Positions 7,330 through 16,571 of a stretch of 46,906 bases of DNA are shown here, in pieces. This DNA comes from a virus. A program made the position numbers and the translations under genes. The notes beneath the pieces were generated by a model. It had not been told where the DNA came from, searched no databases, and saw only the letters and a program-made list of their open reading frames with translations. The first letter of the stretch is position 1; each line of letters begins with the position of its first letter. The stretch lies in the UHGV virus genome UHGV-1362522, one strand, 5' to 3'.

Positions 7330-7670
7330 AACTACAACTTAACGAAATCATGGAAGCAACAATCAGCGAGCTGGATGACATTGATATGACGCTTGCTTTT
7401 GAGATTGAGGCTATTGAGCGCCAGCTTGCCGGTAATCATGATGCAGGCAAGGTATGGAAAGAGAAGGCAATGAAAGCGCGAGACCATATGAAACGCACCC
7501 GCGCGCTGGTTCGCACTCGACTTGATAAGCTCTATTACGGCGAAGAAAGAATGTTACACGGCGCCATTCTGGCTGAAATCCGCAAAACGATGCCTGTCGG
7601 GAAATTCATGGATGCCGTAAACCGCGCAAAAGTTAACTGCGGAATGTTAAATAAGAATAGTCCTCAATAA
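7326..7670 (+). CDS. hypothetical protein (114 aa)
   Basis: ATGA-coupled. Charged helical protein. Confidence 0.4.
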   Translation: MKLQLNEIMEATISELDDIDMTLAFEIEAIERQLAGNHDAGKVWKEKAMKARDHMKRTRALVRTRLDKLYYGEERMLHGAILAEIRKTMPVGKFMDAVNRAKVNCGMLNKNSPQ

Positions 7671-7714
7671 ATTCTCTTTCGTGGCTGTTACCTTGCACTC
7701 AGGAGGTAGCAGCC

Positions 7715-7837
7715 ATGCCAATCATACTGATATCATTCTTTGCTACTCTTTTCGCTTTTACCGCGTCTCCGCTTTACCTTCTTGCGTCCGTTTCGTGGTG
7801 CATATTTATGGTGTGTTATAATCCGGGCATAAAGTAA
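7715..7837 (+). CDS. 40-aa hydrophobic peptide with a strong SD
   Basis: AGGAGGT 7 nt upstream. Sequence MPIILISFFATLFAFTASPLYLLASVSWCIFMVCYNPGIK. Immediately upstream of the head protease gene. Confidence 0.35.
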   Translation: MPIILISFFATLFAFTASPLYLLASVSWCIFMVCYNPGIK

Positions 7838-7852
7838 GCGCGGAGAAAGGTC

Positions 7853-9253
7853 ATGATTGTCAAAATTGGCGACAAGTGGGTCGTTAAATCTAAGGATGGC
7901 TCGCACCAGTTTGGCGAGTACGACACCGAAGAGGCGGCGAAAAAGCGCCTTGCTGAGGTGGAAGCATTCAAGCACATGAATAATAAATTACAGGTTAACA
8001 TCCTGTACACCATCAACTCAGCCAGCAACATCGGTGAAAAAATCATTGATGGCGAACCGCACTATGTCATCAAGAATGTCGTGCCGGTGGTGGATGATAT
8101 TGTCATGAACGGCGGCCTGTACCCTGGCGATGAGATTAAAAAATCATTCCATGGTCTTGATGGAAAACCGGCACCATATGACCACCCGAAGATTGACGGC
8201 AAATACGTATCGGCCAACATGACGCGGGCCGCCAATCAGTTCGGCGTTGGTGCATGGATTGAGAACTCATCCCATGACGGCAGTAAGGTGCTGGTAGACC
8301 TTTATATTAATAAGGTTGTAGCCGAGCGATCTGATAAGGGCCGGGAGTTGCTTTCGAGAATTGATGGCCTCAAAGTTAACAGCGCTGACGCTGAGCCTGT
8401 TCAGGTGTCTACCGGCCTGTTACTCAACCGTGAGCAGGCATCAGGAACTTCCAAGGGTAAAAAATATTCCTGGATTGCCCGGAATATGGAGTGGGACCAC
8501 CTCGCCATTCTTCCGCCTGGTATTCCCGGTGCTGGCGGCCCTGCTGATGGTGTCGGTATATTTGCTGCTAACGGAGAAGACATTGAGCGCGTTGTAGTTA
8601 ACCTTGAGGAATCGGCAATGCCAGACGAAAGCGCAAACAAAATCAAATGGTGGCAGCGTGCAATCAATCGCCTTACTGGCAATCAATTGTCATTCACCGA
8701 TATTACCGCGCAGCTCCACAATATCATCAAGGCCGAGATGTCAGACGACTCATGGCCTTATATCGTCGCCGTTTATGATAATTACTTTGGCGTTGAGATT
8801 GACGGCACCATTTATATGCAGTCCTACATCGTCCGTGAGGATATGGTAGAATTAGTCGGTGAACGGGTTAAGGCTGTTTATAAGACAGAGCTTGAACCGG
8901 TAAAAACAACTCAAGGGGAAATCTCAATGACTAACGAGGAATTACAGGCTGTATTAGCCGATGCCCTCAAACCGGTTCAGGAATCGTTGACCGCAGTCAA
9001 CCAGAAACTGGCCGATGTGGAGGCGCAAAACAAAACCCTACGCGACCAGCTGCAAGCCAATGCAGCACAGGAAGAAACCGCAATGCGCGCCGCCATTATG
9101 GCTGAGCTGAAGTTGCCGGAATCTGCTGTTAATGCGCTGACTGGCGAAGCACTGCGTGAAACCTATGCACTCACCAGTAAAGCGGCTCCGATTTCCGGTG
9201 GGTTCCAGCCGAACCGTGCCGAAGAAGATTTTGATATGGAGGCACCTGAATAA
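7853..9253 (+). CDS. prohead maturation protease fused to a scaffolding-like coiled-coil domain
   Basis: The N-terminal 200 aa fit the DUF2213/XkdF-like prohead protease region (from memory). The C-terminal 120 aa are Ala/Gln/Glu-rich coiled coil. SD GGAGAAAGG. Confidence 0.45.
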   Translation: MIVKIGDKWVVKSKDGSHQFGEYDTEEAAKKRLAEVEAFKHMNNKLQVNILYTINSASNIGEKIIDGEPHYVIKNVVPVVDDIVMNGGLYPGDEIKKSFHGLDGKPAPYDHPKIDGKYVSANMTRAANQFGVGAWIENSSHDGSKVLVDLYINKVVAERSDKGRELLSRIDGLKVNSADAEPVQVSTGLLLNREQASGTSKGKKYSWIARNMEWDHLAILPPGIPGAGGPADGVGIFAANGEDIERVVVNLEESAMPDESANKIKWWQRAINRLTGNQLSFTDITAQLHNIIKAEMSDDSWPYIVAVYDNYFGVEIDGTIYMQSYIVREDMVELVGERVKAVYKTELEPVKTTQGEISMTNEELQAVLADALKPVQESLTAVNQKLADVEAQNKTLRDQLQANAAQEETAMRAAIMAELKLPESAVNALTGEALRETYALTSKAAPISGGFQPNRAEEDFDMEAPE

Positions 9254-9723
9254 TGGCTACTATCCGTTATGGCACCATCATTGGTGGCCCGGCTCGCAAG
9301 AACGACCCGCAGATTCGTGAAGGCATCATGAAGGTAGCGTTGAAGCCGGGCGCACTGGTTGACTTCGATGCTGCCGATGACAAAATCATCGAACACGCTA
9401 CCGATGGTGGTCAGGGTTTCCCTTATGTGCTCCAGCATAACTACCTCGGTGGTGGTGATGTATCTGAAGATGTTCCCGCTGGCGCTACTGGCATGGCTGT
9501 GCAGTGTGAATTTGGCGTCACCTATCACGCACTGGTTGCTAAATCTTCCGAACTGAAGAAAGGCACTCCGCTGGCAAGCGATGGCGCAGGGGCGCTGAAA
9601 GTTGCTGCTAATAAGGATAATATCCTGTTCTATTCCTGTGAAACTTACACCGTTGCCTCTGGAGGCGCTGAACTGGTTGCAGTTCGTCGTGCTGGCAATG
9701 CTTCCATGCCTGCTGGAGCTTAA
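9253..9723 (+). CDS. capsid-associated protein (decoration/stabilisation-like)
   Basis: 156 aa, Gly/Ala-rich. TAATG-coupled between the scaffold and capsid genes. Confidence 0.35.
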   Translation: MATIRYGTIIGGPARKNDPQIREGIMKVALKPGALVDFDAADDKIIEHATDGGQGFPYVLQHNYLGGGDVSEDVPAGATGMAVQCEFGVTYHALVAKSSELKKGTPLASDGAGALKVAANKDNILFYSCETYTVASGGAELVAVRRAGNASMPAGA

Positions 9724-9725
9724 TA

Positions 9726-10799
9726 ATGGAAAAGATTATTTTTACCAAAGACTTGGTAGCCAACTCCGCAGTGGTGGCTGACCAGTGGAAACATCTCACC
9801 ATCGACCGTAAAGTGTTCTGCAATGCAGAAGCTGAACTGGCGAAAACCTACGGTGTTAACGCCACCGCACTGGTAACGAAAGATTACTGGCGCGACGTGG
9901 ATAACGTCACCACCCGCGTTTTCCGCAACGAAGCTGGTCAGGATATGATGGCTGACCTGATGGGTATCGCGGCAAACATCAACATCGGTAAGACCGTGGC
10001 AATTAGTCGCATTGCTTCCGATGCTGGTAAGGTCGTCCGCACCCTGTCTGGTCAGGAACCGGAAGATTTGGATAAAACTCGCTACGATTACACTGGCGAT
10101 GTGATTCCAATCTTTAAGACTGGATACAGCCGCGAATGGCGCGAACTGCTGGGTATGCAATCTGAAGGTTTTGACCCGCTGCTGGATGACCAGGCTAACG
10201 TCACCTTCAACCTGCGTTCCGACATGGCGCAGTACCTGCTGACCGGCGACCAGACTCTGAACGTGAACGGCGTGTACACTGGTTACGGTATCACCAACCA
10301 CCCGAACACCATTCAGGTTAACCTGAGCACCGATTCCCCCGGCCTGGATATCGACCTGCAAACCGCAACGCCAGATAAAATCGTGACCTTCTTCAATCAG
10401 GATTTCCAGGCTATTCTGGATGCGCAGAACGTATTTGAGCAGGTGACTCTGTGGGTTTCCCCGGCAGTGCGCCGCAGCTTCATGCGTCCGTATTCTGATG
10501 CGGCCGGTTTCAAAGGCGGCACTGTTGAGCAGTACATCACGCAGTTCGGCAATGGTCGCATCGGCAAGATTGGCACCAACTTCCTGCTGACTGGCAACCA
10601 TTTCGTTGGTTACGTTCGCAACGACATGTACATCCGTCCGCGTGTTGCTCAACCTGTTTCCACCTACGCAGCAGCCCGTACCAACCCGCACGATAACTTT
10701 AACTTCCTCGTGTGGTCAGCTTTTGGCCTGCAAATCCGTAAGGATTTCAATGGTCGAAGCAAAGTTTTCAACGGCTACGGCACGCAAACCGCGCTGTAA
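9726..10799 (+). CDS. major capsid protein
   Basis: 357 aa. Followed by a strong terminator. Position after the protease-scaffold gene. Confidence 0.6.
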   Translation: MEKIIFTKDLVANSAVVADQWKHLTIDRKVFCNAEAELAKTYGVNATALVTKDYWRDVDNVTTRVFRNEAGQDMMADLMGIAANINIGKTVAISRIASDAGKVVRTLSGQEPEDLDKTRYDYTGDVIPIFKTGYSREWRELLGMQSEGFDPLLDDQANVTFNLRSDMAQYLLTGDQTLNVNGVYTGYGITNHPNTIQVNLSTDSPGLDIDLQTATPDKIVTFFNQDFQAILDAQNVFEQVTLWVSPAVRRSFMRPYSDAAGFKGGTVEQYITQFGNGRIGKIGTNFLLTGNHFVGYVRNDMYIRPRVAQPVSTYAAARTNPHDNFNFLVWSAFGLQIRKDFNGRSKVFNGYGTQTAL

Positions 10800-10802
10800 A
10801 AA

Positions 10803-10826
10803 TAAAGGGGCGAAAGCCCCTTTTAA
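10803..10826 (+). terminator. rho-independent terminator after the capsid gene
   Basis: GGGGC-GAAA-GCCCC followed by TTTT. Confidence 0.7.
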
Positions 10827-10841
10827 CTATCAGAGGTTATC

Positions 10842-11036
10842 ATGGCTAAATACGAAGTTATCGCCAGCGGAATCTTTGTCAAGGATAAAGACGGTCGCCT
10901 GCGTGAGCTTGCTATTGGCGATATCATTGACGAATCAAGCCCGCACATTGAGTCAAAACTTCGCCCGGTTAGTGAGAAGATTCTGGAAGTGGCAACCCCA
11001 CAAGAATCACAGCCAAAGGCGAAGAAAACTAAATAG
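10842..11036 (+). CDS. hypothetical protein (64 aa)
   Basis: SD GAGG. Lies between two terminators. Confidence 0.4.
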   Translation: MAKYEVIASGIFVKDKDGRLRELAIGDIIDESSPHIESKLRPVSEKILEVATPQESQPKAKKTK

Positions 11037-11067
11037 AAAAGCCCCGCGAGGGGCTTTGGTTTATTTT
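11037..11067. terminator. bidirectional rho-independent terminator
   Basis: GCCCC-GCGA-GGGGC with T-runs on both sides. Ends the leftward 13.3->11.06 kb operon. Confidence 0.65.
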
Positions 11068-11201
11068 AGCGTGAACCAAACCTTATCTTCTTTTTCATGC
11101 AAGTGGTCGCGCTCTTTTGGTTCTGGAAAATCCTTTGGGGCTAACCCCATCTCGCAAGCAGTATCAAAAGAAACATCATCTTCGTCAATGCTGTCACTCA
11201 T
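11061..11201 (-). CDS. small acidic protein (46 aa)
   Basis: MSDSIDEDDVSFD... Its start lies just after the DnaN-like stop. Confidence 0.25.
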   Translation of the reverse strand: MSDSIDEDDVSFDTACEMGLAPKDFPEPKERDHLHEKEDKVWFTLK

Positions 11202-11203
11202 CA

Positions 11204-11740
11204 CTAAATCCTCATTGGCATAACGATAACTTTGGCAGTCTCGCCAGTAGGCGCACTGATGTTTGCGACGGCGGCGTTGATGTTGCCATTCAGGTCAAAG
11301 CGAACCGCCTCAAATTTCGGGTTAAACAGCTTTGCCAGCTTCTCTACATCTGCCAGATATTTGGCGTTGAAGCAGATTTGCTCTGTTGCCGCAGTCTGCT
11401 TTGGGATAACACGATCAATGTCAGGGAATCGGCCATTAATCTCAGAGCAGATACCTGCGCCTACCATGATTTCATGTTCGTCATGGTAGGTGACAATGTT
11501 TGTTTCAGTGTCCAGTAACGCATAGGAATAACGCTTAGTTGGCGACTTGCTTACTGACACGATAACGTTATCTTTCAATTTATTTTCATGCTTACTGGCA
11601 ATCATGGCGCGATGACCGTCAGTAGCGGCAACGCGACCATCAGGCATAAAGCAAATGCCATTCAGGTAATAGCGAACATCCTGTTTGGCCTGGAACATCA
11701 ACGCGCCTTCAAGAATTAACTTGCTGATTTTTAATTTCAT
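11204..11740 (-). CDS. truncated DnaN (beta sliding clamp) homolog, about half the length of DnaN
   Basis: KQDVRYYLNG, ATDGHR, INGRFPDIDRVIPK, ICFNAKYLADV and the C-terminal VIVMPMRI match the E. coli DnaN C-terminal region. Start MKLKIS with SD AGGTGA. Confidence 0.6.
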   Translation of the reverse strand: MKLKISKLILEGALMFQAKQDVRYYLNGICFMPDGRVAATDGHRAMIASKHENKLKDNVIVSVSKSPTKRYSYALLDTETNIVTYHDEHEIMVGAGICSEINGRFPDIDRVIPKQTAATEQICFNAKYLADVEKLAKLFNPKFEAVRFDLNGNINAAVANISAPTGETAKVIVMPMRI

Positions 11741-11913
11741 CACTTCACCTTTATCATGTGTTGTTTTGCAACCTTCAGGCATTCATCGAAAATCTTGCCC
11801 TTCTTTTCACTCTGGTTGCGCCTGTAGTGGGTAATTGCAGCCTCTATGGCCGCGTTGTCGATGCCTGGCAGTTTTTCGCGCAGGTTTTTCTCTATGAACT
11901 GTTCGTGGTTCAT
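11740..11913 (-). CDS. hypothetical protein (57 aa)
   Basis: SD GGAGAG. TAATG and ATGA coupling on both sides. Confidence 0.35.
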   Translation of the reverse strand: MNHEQFIEKNLREKLPGIDNAAIEAAITHYRRNQSEKKGKIFDECLKVAKQHMIKVK

Positions 11914-12110
11914 TACCAACTCTCCACCACATTTGCGCATTCATCATAAAATAAGAAATGCCTTGTTTTTTCTTCGTAACGCTTCATTTCAAATGCGATT
12001 ATGTCCTCCTGATAGTGAATTTTCTCCACCTGGCGAGCCACGCCGTCTCGCATTAGGATGTGATCGCCTTCTTTTATGTTTTTTGCAACAGTGCCAATTG
12101 TAATCATCAC
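11913..12110 (-). CDS. hypothetical protein (65 aa)
   Basis: SD GGAGAA. Coupled to the ParB-like gene stop. Confidence 0.35.
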   Translation of the reverse strand: MMITIGTVAKNIKEGDHILMRDGVARQVEKIHYQEDIIAFEMKRYEEKTRHFLFYDECANVVESW

Positions 12111-12922
12111 AGCTTCTCCAGAATCGCCAGCACTTCACTCAACTCAGCGGAAGGAAGACGCAAAAACTCCTCGGTCTCCTGTGCGACATGACCCTCAGCG
12201 ACAACCATATGATCTGCTTCTTTCAGCAACTGAATCAGGCGGTCAATCGGCTTAACTTTTTTGGCCTTGAGCGTTTTAGCCGTCACCTTATCCTTGCCCT
12301 GCGCTTTCGCTTCCTCAACGGCAGCATCAATAACGTTAACTGCATCATCTCCATGCTCGCGCGCCACTGCAACAGCGTTGGCATAGCTGATTTGGCCTGC
12401 GTTGATACGTTGCTTGATGGCATCAGGTACGTCACCAAGTGACAGGTGCATCTGCACATCAGAAACTGAGCGACCGACCTTCTTGGCGATTTCTTCATTC
12501 GTCCACCCGAACCCTTTCAGGCGCACATACGCCTTTGCACGCTCAAGCGGGTCGAGTTGCTTACCCTGACTGGATGACACCATGAAGGCGATTTTATCCG
12601 CTTCATCGCCGGTGAAGTCTTTGCACTCAATGCGCGCAATTGGTACGCCGCGCTCAATAGCTCGCAGCGCGCCAAGATAACGATGCTGGCCGTCAAGAAT
12701 CTTAATGCGCTTTCCGGCAGCATCAGGAATAACAGTTAACGCCGGGATTGGCTGTCCTGATTCCCAGCACTGCGCGAAGTATTCAACGTGCTGCTCATCG
12801 GCTTCGCGGATGTTGTACCCCGGCTCAAGATAAAGCTGGTCGACAGGAACCTGATAACCTTTGTTGACCACGATTCCGCCGCGAGTTTCTTTGTCTGAGT
12901 AAATTTTTCCGAGAGATGTCAT
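12107..12922 (-). CDS. ParB-like nuclease domain (ParB/Srx) protein
   Basis: KILDGQHRYLGALRAI matches the ParB N-terminal motif. C-terminal helical DNA-binding-like region. Confidence 0.55.
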   Translation of the reverse strand: MTSLGKIYSDKETRGGIVVNKGYQVPVDQLYLEPGYNIREADEQHVEYFAQCWESGQPIPALTVIPDAAGKRIKILDGQHRYLGALRAIERGVPIARIECKDFTGDEADKIAFMVSSSQGKQLDPLERAKAYVRLKGFGWTNEEIAKKVGRSVSDVQMHLSLGDVPDAIKQRINAGQISYANAVAVAREHGDDAVNVIDAAVEEAKAQGKDKVTAKTLKAKKVKPIDRLIQLLKEADHMVVAEGHVAQETEEFLRLPSAELSEVLAILEKL

Positions 12923-12929
12923 CTTTTCC

Positions 12930-13046
12930 TCACTTTGATAAACAGATTGCGCTGGCAATGGCGAATCCGATAACGATTAATGCCAGCTTTATTTTGAACT
13001 TATCCCACGCTTTCAGGTCTTCTTTGCGGATTTCGTGGCGGATCAT
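12930..13046 (-). CDS. 38-aa membrane peptide
   Basis: SD GGAGAA. ATGA-coupled. Sequence IKLALIVIGFAIASAICL. Confidence 0.25.
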   Translation of the reverse strand: MIRHEIRKEDLKAWDKFKIKLALIVIGFAIASAICLSK

Positions 13047-13342
13047 TGTGATTCTCCGATGGCTTTAGCAATTGCGGCATAAGCCTTGCTCAAAGCAGTG
13101 GCATTCCTTTTTGTTGGCGTAGTGAAGACTACAAGCATCTCCAGAGCCTCCAGCAATTCCGGCGCAGCGGCCATCATTCGTTGGTTGGCAACTTGAACCT
13201 CAACTTCAGGGTCAAACTCAACCCAGCCGACAGGAATAATCATTCCATAAGACTGGTCGTCCTCTGTTGATTTTGGCCCTATTGCCCTGCTGTTATCTCC
13301 AAACCACGGCCCCGGCGTACCTTTGAATTCATTCATCTTCAT
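13043..13342 (-). CDS. hypothetical protein, first gene of the leftward ParB operon
   Basis: SD GAGGTGA. Alternative starts at 13354 and 13336. Confidence 0.4.
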   Translation of the reverse strand: MKMNEFKGTPGPWFGDNSRAIGPKSTEDDQSYGMIIPVGWVEFDPEVEVQVANQRMMAAAPELLEALEMLVVFTTPTKRNATALSKAYAAIAKAIGESQ

Positions 13343-13364
13343 CACCTCTAACATTTATTGTTGT

Positions 13365-13425
13365 TTCTACGTCATCACTATAGCGACACCCTCAATCTAC
13401 GTCAACACTTTATGATAAAATTAAA
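13365..13425. promoter_or_regulatory. divergent promoters: leftward TTGACG-N17-TATAGT and rightward extended -10 TGATAAAAT, with two motif copies
   Basis: TTCTACGTCA at 13365-13374 and ATCTACGTCA at 13395-13404. Sequence nearly identical to the promoter at 37836. Confidence 0.45.
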
Positions 13426-13566
13426 CCAACAACACTCACCCCGCGCTGTTCCGTCCTGAAAAACGTAAGGCGGCGAAATTGGATATAGCAATCGGCGTTA
13501 TCGTCATAGCGTTTTCGCTGGTTCAGGTGTACAGATGCTGGAAGTTCATCATTCGGAGAATAATTA

Positions 13567-13854
13567 ATGAGAGACGCGCTTCAGCACGCCGCAAACCAGA
13601 TAATTAGTGGCACTGTCGGCCAGGTAATCGACAAAGCCGGTTATACATCCATCGGCACGGGTCTTGGCCTGAAGGTGGCAGAGCAGACGCCGGTCGCACA
13701 ATCATACATTGCCTCAATGATCCCCCATTCGATTACCGAGTGGGCAGCGGTAGCCTCTATACTTGGCGCGCTGTCACTGGTGGCAAAAAACCTTTTTGAG
13801 ATGTGGTGGAAGATTCGGGAGAGCAAAAAGAATGGCAGCACCGACAGCAAGTGA
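13567..13854 (+). CDS. small membrane-associated protein (95 aa)
   Basis: Hydrophobic C-terminal segment AAVASILGALSLVAKNLF. First gene after the rightward promoter. Confidence 0.4.
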   Translation: MRDALQHAANQIISGTVGQVIDKAGYTSIGTGLGLKVAEQTPVAQSYIASMIPHSITEWAAVASILGALSLVAKNLFEMWWKIRESKKNGSTDSK

Positions 13855-14224
13855 ACTTGTCGCCGCCATGGCGTCAAGAGGCGTAACTATCACCACGGCG
13901 GACGCAACGGGCATCCTGTGTCTGGTGGCGAGCATCACAGAGTGTCTTGAGCTTAATTACCCTGAAGACACATGCAGGCAGGATGCAATCCTACTATGGG
14001 CATCTATCCTGATCGCCTCAAATACAGCCGGAAGATACATCACCAGCCACCGGGCGCCATCTGGTGCATCGCAATCATTTGGCTATGGAAGCAAGCCGTG
14101 GATGGCCCTTTACAATCAGATGAAACTACTCGATACGGCAGACTGCACAGGCGACCTTGTGGAAGAGCCTGATGGAAGTGCAAAGCCGTGGTTTCGGGTT
14201 GTCACCGGGAGTAAGTGCAGATGA
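13832..14224 (+). CDS. head-tail connector / head completion protein (gp6-like)
   Basis: SD GGGAGAG. Position between capsid and tail genes. 131 aa. Confidence 0.35.
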   Translation: MAAPTASELVAAMASRGVTITTADATGILCLVASITECLELNYPEDTCRQDAILLWASILIASNTAGRYITSHRAPSGASQSFGYGSKPWMALYNQMKLLDTADCTGDLVEEPDGSAKPWFRVVTGSKCR

Positions 14225-14342
14225 AAACGTCAACATTAACTGTAAATATCTCAATCCGTAAATGGTGCATGCCGCTGCTGGTTATTCTGGTATTGCTGCA
14301 TCTTCCGGTTCCGCGCTGGGTTTATACTCTTGAGGCCGCACC

Positions 14343-14687
14343 ATGTCAGCAATAGCGAGATGGAGCTATACGCAGCCATGCACAATCTGGCGGCTTACTG
14401 GCAAGGATAAGTATGGCAAACCGACATTCGCCGCCCCAGAGTCCATCATGTGTGATTATGGCTTCGATAAGAATCTGACTACCGGCACTGCTGGCAATGA
14501 GATTGCACAGAAAAACACATTCTGGACTGAATACCAGGATGCGTCTGTTGGCGACTTCATCATGCTTGGCACCATCACAAGCGCTGACCCGCTGGCCGCC
14601 GGAGCTGACCAGATTAGAAACGTAGTGAATTACGGAAATACGCTGGACCGCAATGACCTGCCTGATTTTGCGCTGGTAACGGGGTAA
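14343..14687 (+). CDS. head-tail joining (head closure) protein
   Basis: 114 aa. Position in the neck gene cluster. Confidence 0.4.
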   Translation: MSAIARWSYTQPCTIWRLTGKDKYGKPTFAAPESIMCDYGFDKNLTTGTAGNEIAQKNTFWTEYQDASVGDFIMLGTITSADPLAAGADQIRNVVNYGNTLDRNDLPDFALVTG

Positions 14688-14690
14688 TGT

Positions 14691-15107
14691 ATGGCCGCTA
14701 AAATGAGAGGTATCCAGCAGGCTATTAAGCGCACTCAGCAGATAGTCGGCGAGATTACTGGTGAAAAGGCTGTGCGGGCCATAAAGAGCGCCAACTTTAT
14801 TATCCGTACTGAATCGGCTTCTATGACACCAATAGCCACATCAACACTGATAAATAGCCAGTATGACACCGTTGAGGTTAAAGGCACTCGCATAACCGGC
14901 AAGATTGGGTATGCTGCCAATTACGCACTGTATGTCCATAATGCACCTGGCACATTGCTGGGTACAAACACGCCACGCACAGGACGGCTCAAAGGGAAGG
15001 GAAATGTATGGGATAAGAGCGGCGAGCCTAAATTCCTTCTCAAGGCTGGCGAAAACACACGCGAGCTTGTCGATCAGGTAATTAAAAAAGAGATGACGCT
15101 AAAATGA
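14691..15107 (+). CDS. HK97 gp10-like neck/tail attachment protein
   Basis: 138 aa. Position. Gene-end coupling. Confidence 0.4.
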   Translation: MAAKMRGIQQAIKRTQQIVGEITGEKAVRAIKSANFIIRTESASMTPIATSTLINSQYDTVEVKGTRITGKIGYAANYALYVHNAPGTLLGTNTPRTGRLKGKGNVWDKSGEPKFLLKAGENTRELVDQVIKKEMTLK

Positions 15108-15487
15108 GAGACATGCTTGAGCTTGTTGACCAGTACCTTAGCGATGCCCATCTTTATGACGGGTGGACTAATCAGCTTGAGTTCTGGAACGATAGCGAAG
15201 TTGGCACCGAGCGCTTTATGGTGCTGCAATCCAATGGCGGCACGAGCGTAAGCAAAGGACTCGGCGGAGATTACTATTTCTCGCTCTATGTTGTCGGCCA
15301 GCAGGGTCAGTACAATATCAAGGAGACAAAAGCAAAAGCGCTTGATGTCATCTCATATATCAAAGAGCATCCCGTTGATAGTTGTATTGGCATGATTCAG
15401 TTGCAGGCGCCGCTTGGTCGCCCTACGCTTACGACAGAGCAGAGGCCGGTTTATGAATTGTTGCTGAGGGTTGTTTTTGGTGAGTAA
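15104..15487 (+). CDS. tail completion / tail terminator-like protein
   Basis: 127 aa. Last gene before the tRNAs and the major tail gene. Confidence 0.35.
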   Translation: MRDMLELVDQYLSDAHLYDGWTNQLEFWNDSEVGTERFMVLQSNGGTSVSKGLGGDYYFSLYVVGQQGQYNIKETKAKALDVISYIKEHPVDSCIGMIQLQAPLGRPTLTTEQRPVYELLLRVVFGE

Positions 15488-15564
15488 TGGTTACCGCGAC
15501 AGGATTCGAACCTGTAATCATCCGATTATGAGTCGGGTGCTTTAACCAGTTAAGCTAAACGGGA
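15488..15564 (-). tRNA. tRNA with anticodon CAT (Met or Ile2-lysidine type); acceptor stem has two mismatches, possibly degenerate
   Basis: Clean D arm (GCTT/AAGC), anticodon loop CTCATAA, T arm ACAGG-TTCGAAT-CCTGT and 3' ACCA. Pairs 2-71 and 7-66 are mismatched. Confidence 0.4.
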
Positions 15565-15567
15565 GTT

Positions 15568-15645
15568 TGGTGCACCATACTGGATTCGAACCAGTGACCT
15601 ACGGATTAGAAGTCCGTTGCTACTATCCTGCTGAGCTAATGGTGC
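15568..15645 (-). tRNA. tRNA-Arg (anticodon TCT)
   Basis: Acceptor GCACCAT/ATGGTGC, anticodon arm ACGGA-CTTCTAA-TCCGT, T arm ACTGG-TTCGAAT-CCAGT, 3' ACCA. 3-nt spacer to the neighbouring tRNA. Confidence 0.7.
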
Positions 15646-15736
15646 GTTGCGTTGTTGATTCGAATCTACACCACCAATAAAAACCTGTCAACATGATATA
15701 ATGCGATTGTTTAGCTAAACACAGAGGATTCTAAAC

Positions 15737-16492
15737 ATGGCTATTTGTACAAATGATAACGGCATCATCACAGGTCGCCAGTCTCTCATTGAGCTGGCTG
15801 ATGGCTGCTGGGATGCTGTGCCAGCAGAGGAAGACTGGAAGTTTTTTGCTCCCATGACCTCAAAAGGCGTCGACTTCAGTCCAAGCACCACCACTTCAGA
15901 GGCTGATGATGGCGATGGCTTTGTTGCGACGCTGGTCACTACCGCAGACCTCACCATTTCTGGTGATTTCGAAGTTCGCAAGGCTGACAAGGCTGATGAG
16001 TATGGCGTACATAATCTCATCAAGTATTTCGTCACCGAAGTTAAAGCGCGCCGCCAGCCGTCTGTCTGGGTTCGCCAGACCACCGGTAACACCGTTGTTG
16101 TGGCTTACTGCAACATTACTGCGCTGAGCTATGATGGCGGCACCAACGACATCATCACCGGCTCGGTTGAATTCAAGCCGTATGATGGCTCTACCGTTGA
16201 CGTGTCCAGCATCGAAGATTTGACGCTGACTACTGATATCAGTGCAGACAAAAGCGTTGCCACTAACGACAATCTGACGCTCGGTCCGGTAGTTGCGGCT
16301 GGCGGTGTCAAGCCTTATACCTACCAATGGTATAAAGACACCTCGCCGATTAGCGGTGCTACTACAGACACGTTCACCAAGGCCACTGCTGCCGCAGATG
16401 ATGCTGGTACGTACTTCTGCCGCGTAGCAGACTCTGCAACCAGCCCTGATTACGTTGACTCCACCAAGTGTGTTGTTACCGTTACGGTATAA
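15737..16492 (+). CDS. major tail protein with a C-terminal Ig-like (Big_2-type) domain
   Basis: C-terminal ...YQWYKD...GTYFCRV..., as in lambda gpV. SD AGAGGA. Extended -10 TGATATAAT upstream. Confidence 0.65.
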   Translation: MAICTNDNGIITGRQSLIELADGCWDAVPAEEDWKFFAPMTSKGVDFSPSTTTSEADDGDGFVATLVTTADLTISGDFEVRKADKADEYGVHNLIKYFVTEVKARRQPSVWVRQTTGNTVVVAYCNITALSYDGGTNDIITGSVEFKPYDGSTVDVSSIEDLTLTTDISADKSVATNDNLTLGPVVAAGGVKPYTYQWYKDTSPISGATTDTFTKATAAADDAGTYFCRVADSATSPDYVDSTKCVVTVTV

Positions 16493-16494
16493 AG

Positions 16495-16520
16495 AAAACC
16501 CCCGAAAGGGGGTTTATTTT
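16495..16520. terminator. rho-independent terminator after the major tail gene
   Basis: AACCCCC-GAAA-GGGGGTT followed by TATTTT. Confidence 0.7.
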
Positions 16521-16571
16521 CCAGCAATGGAGATGCGCGGATTATTTAAAATGGTACCGGCATCAGTATCA

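Noticed and set aside
10606-11223. 205-aa + strand ORF spanning the capsid gene end, two terminators and minus-strand genes
   Set aside because: It crosses two strong rho-independent terminators and overlaps better-supported genes on both strands. It has no SD and a low-complexity translation. Treated as a spurious ORF.
15646-15700. Possible third tRNA after tRNA-Arg (GATTCGAATC-like stretch)
   Set aside because: No acceptor or T-stem pairing can be formed. The region instead holds a motif copy and the extended -10 TGATATAAT for the major tail gene.
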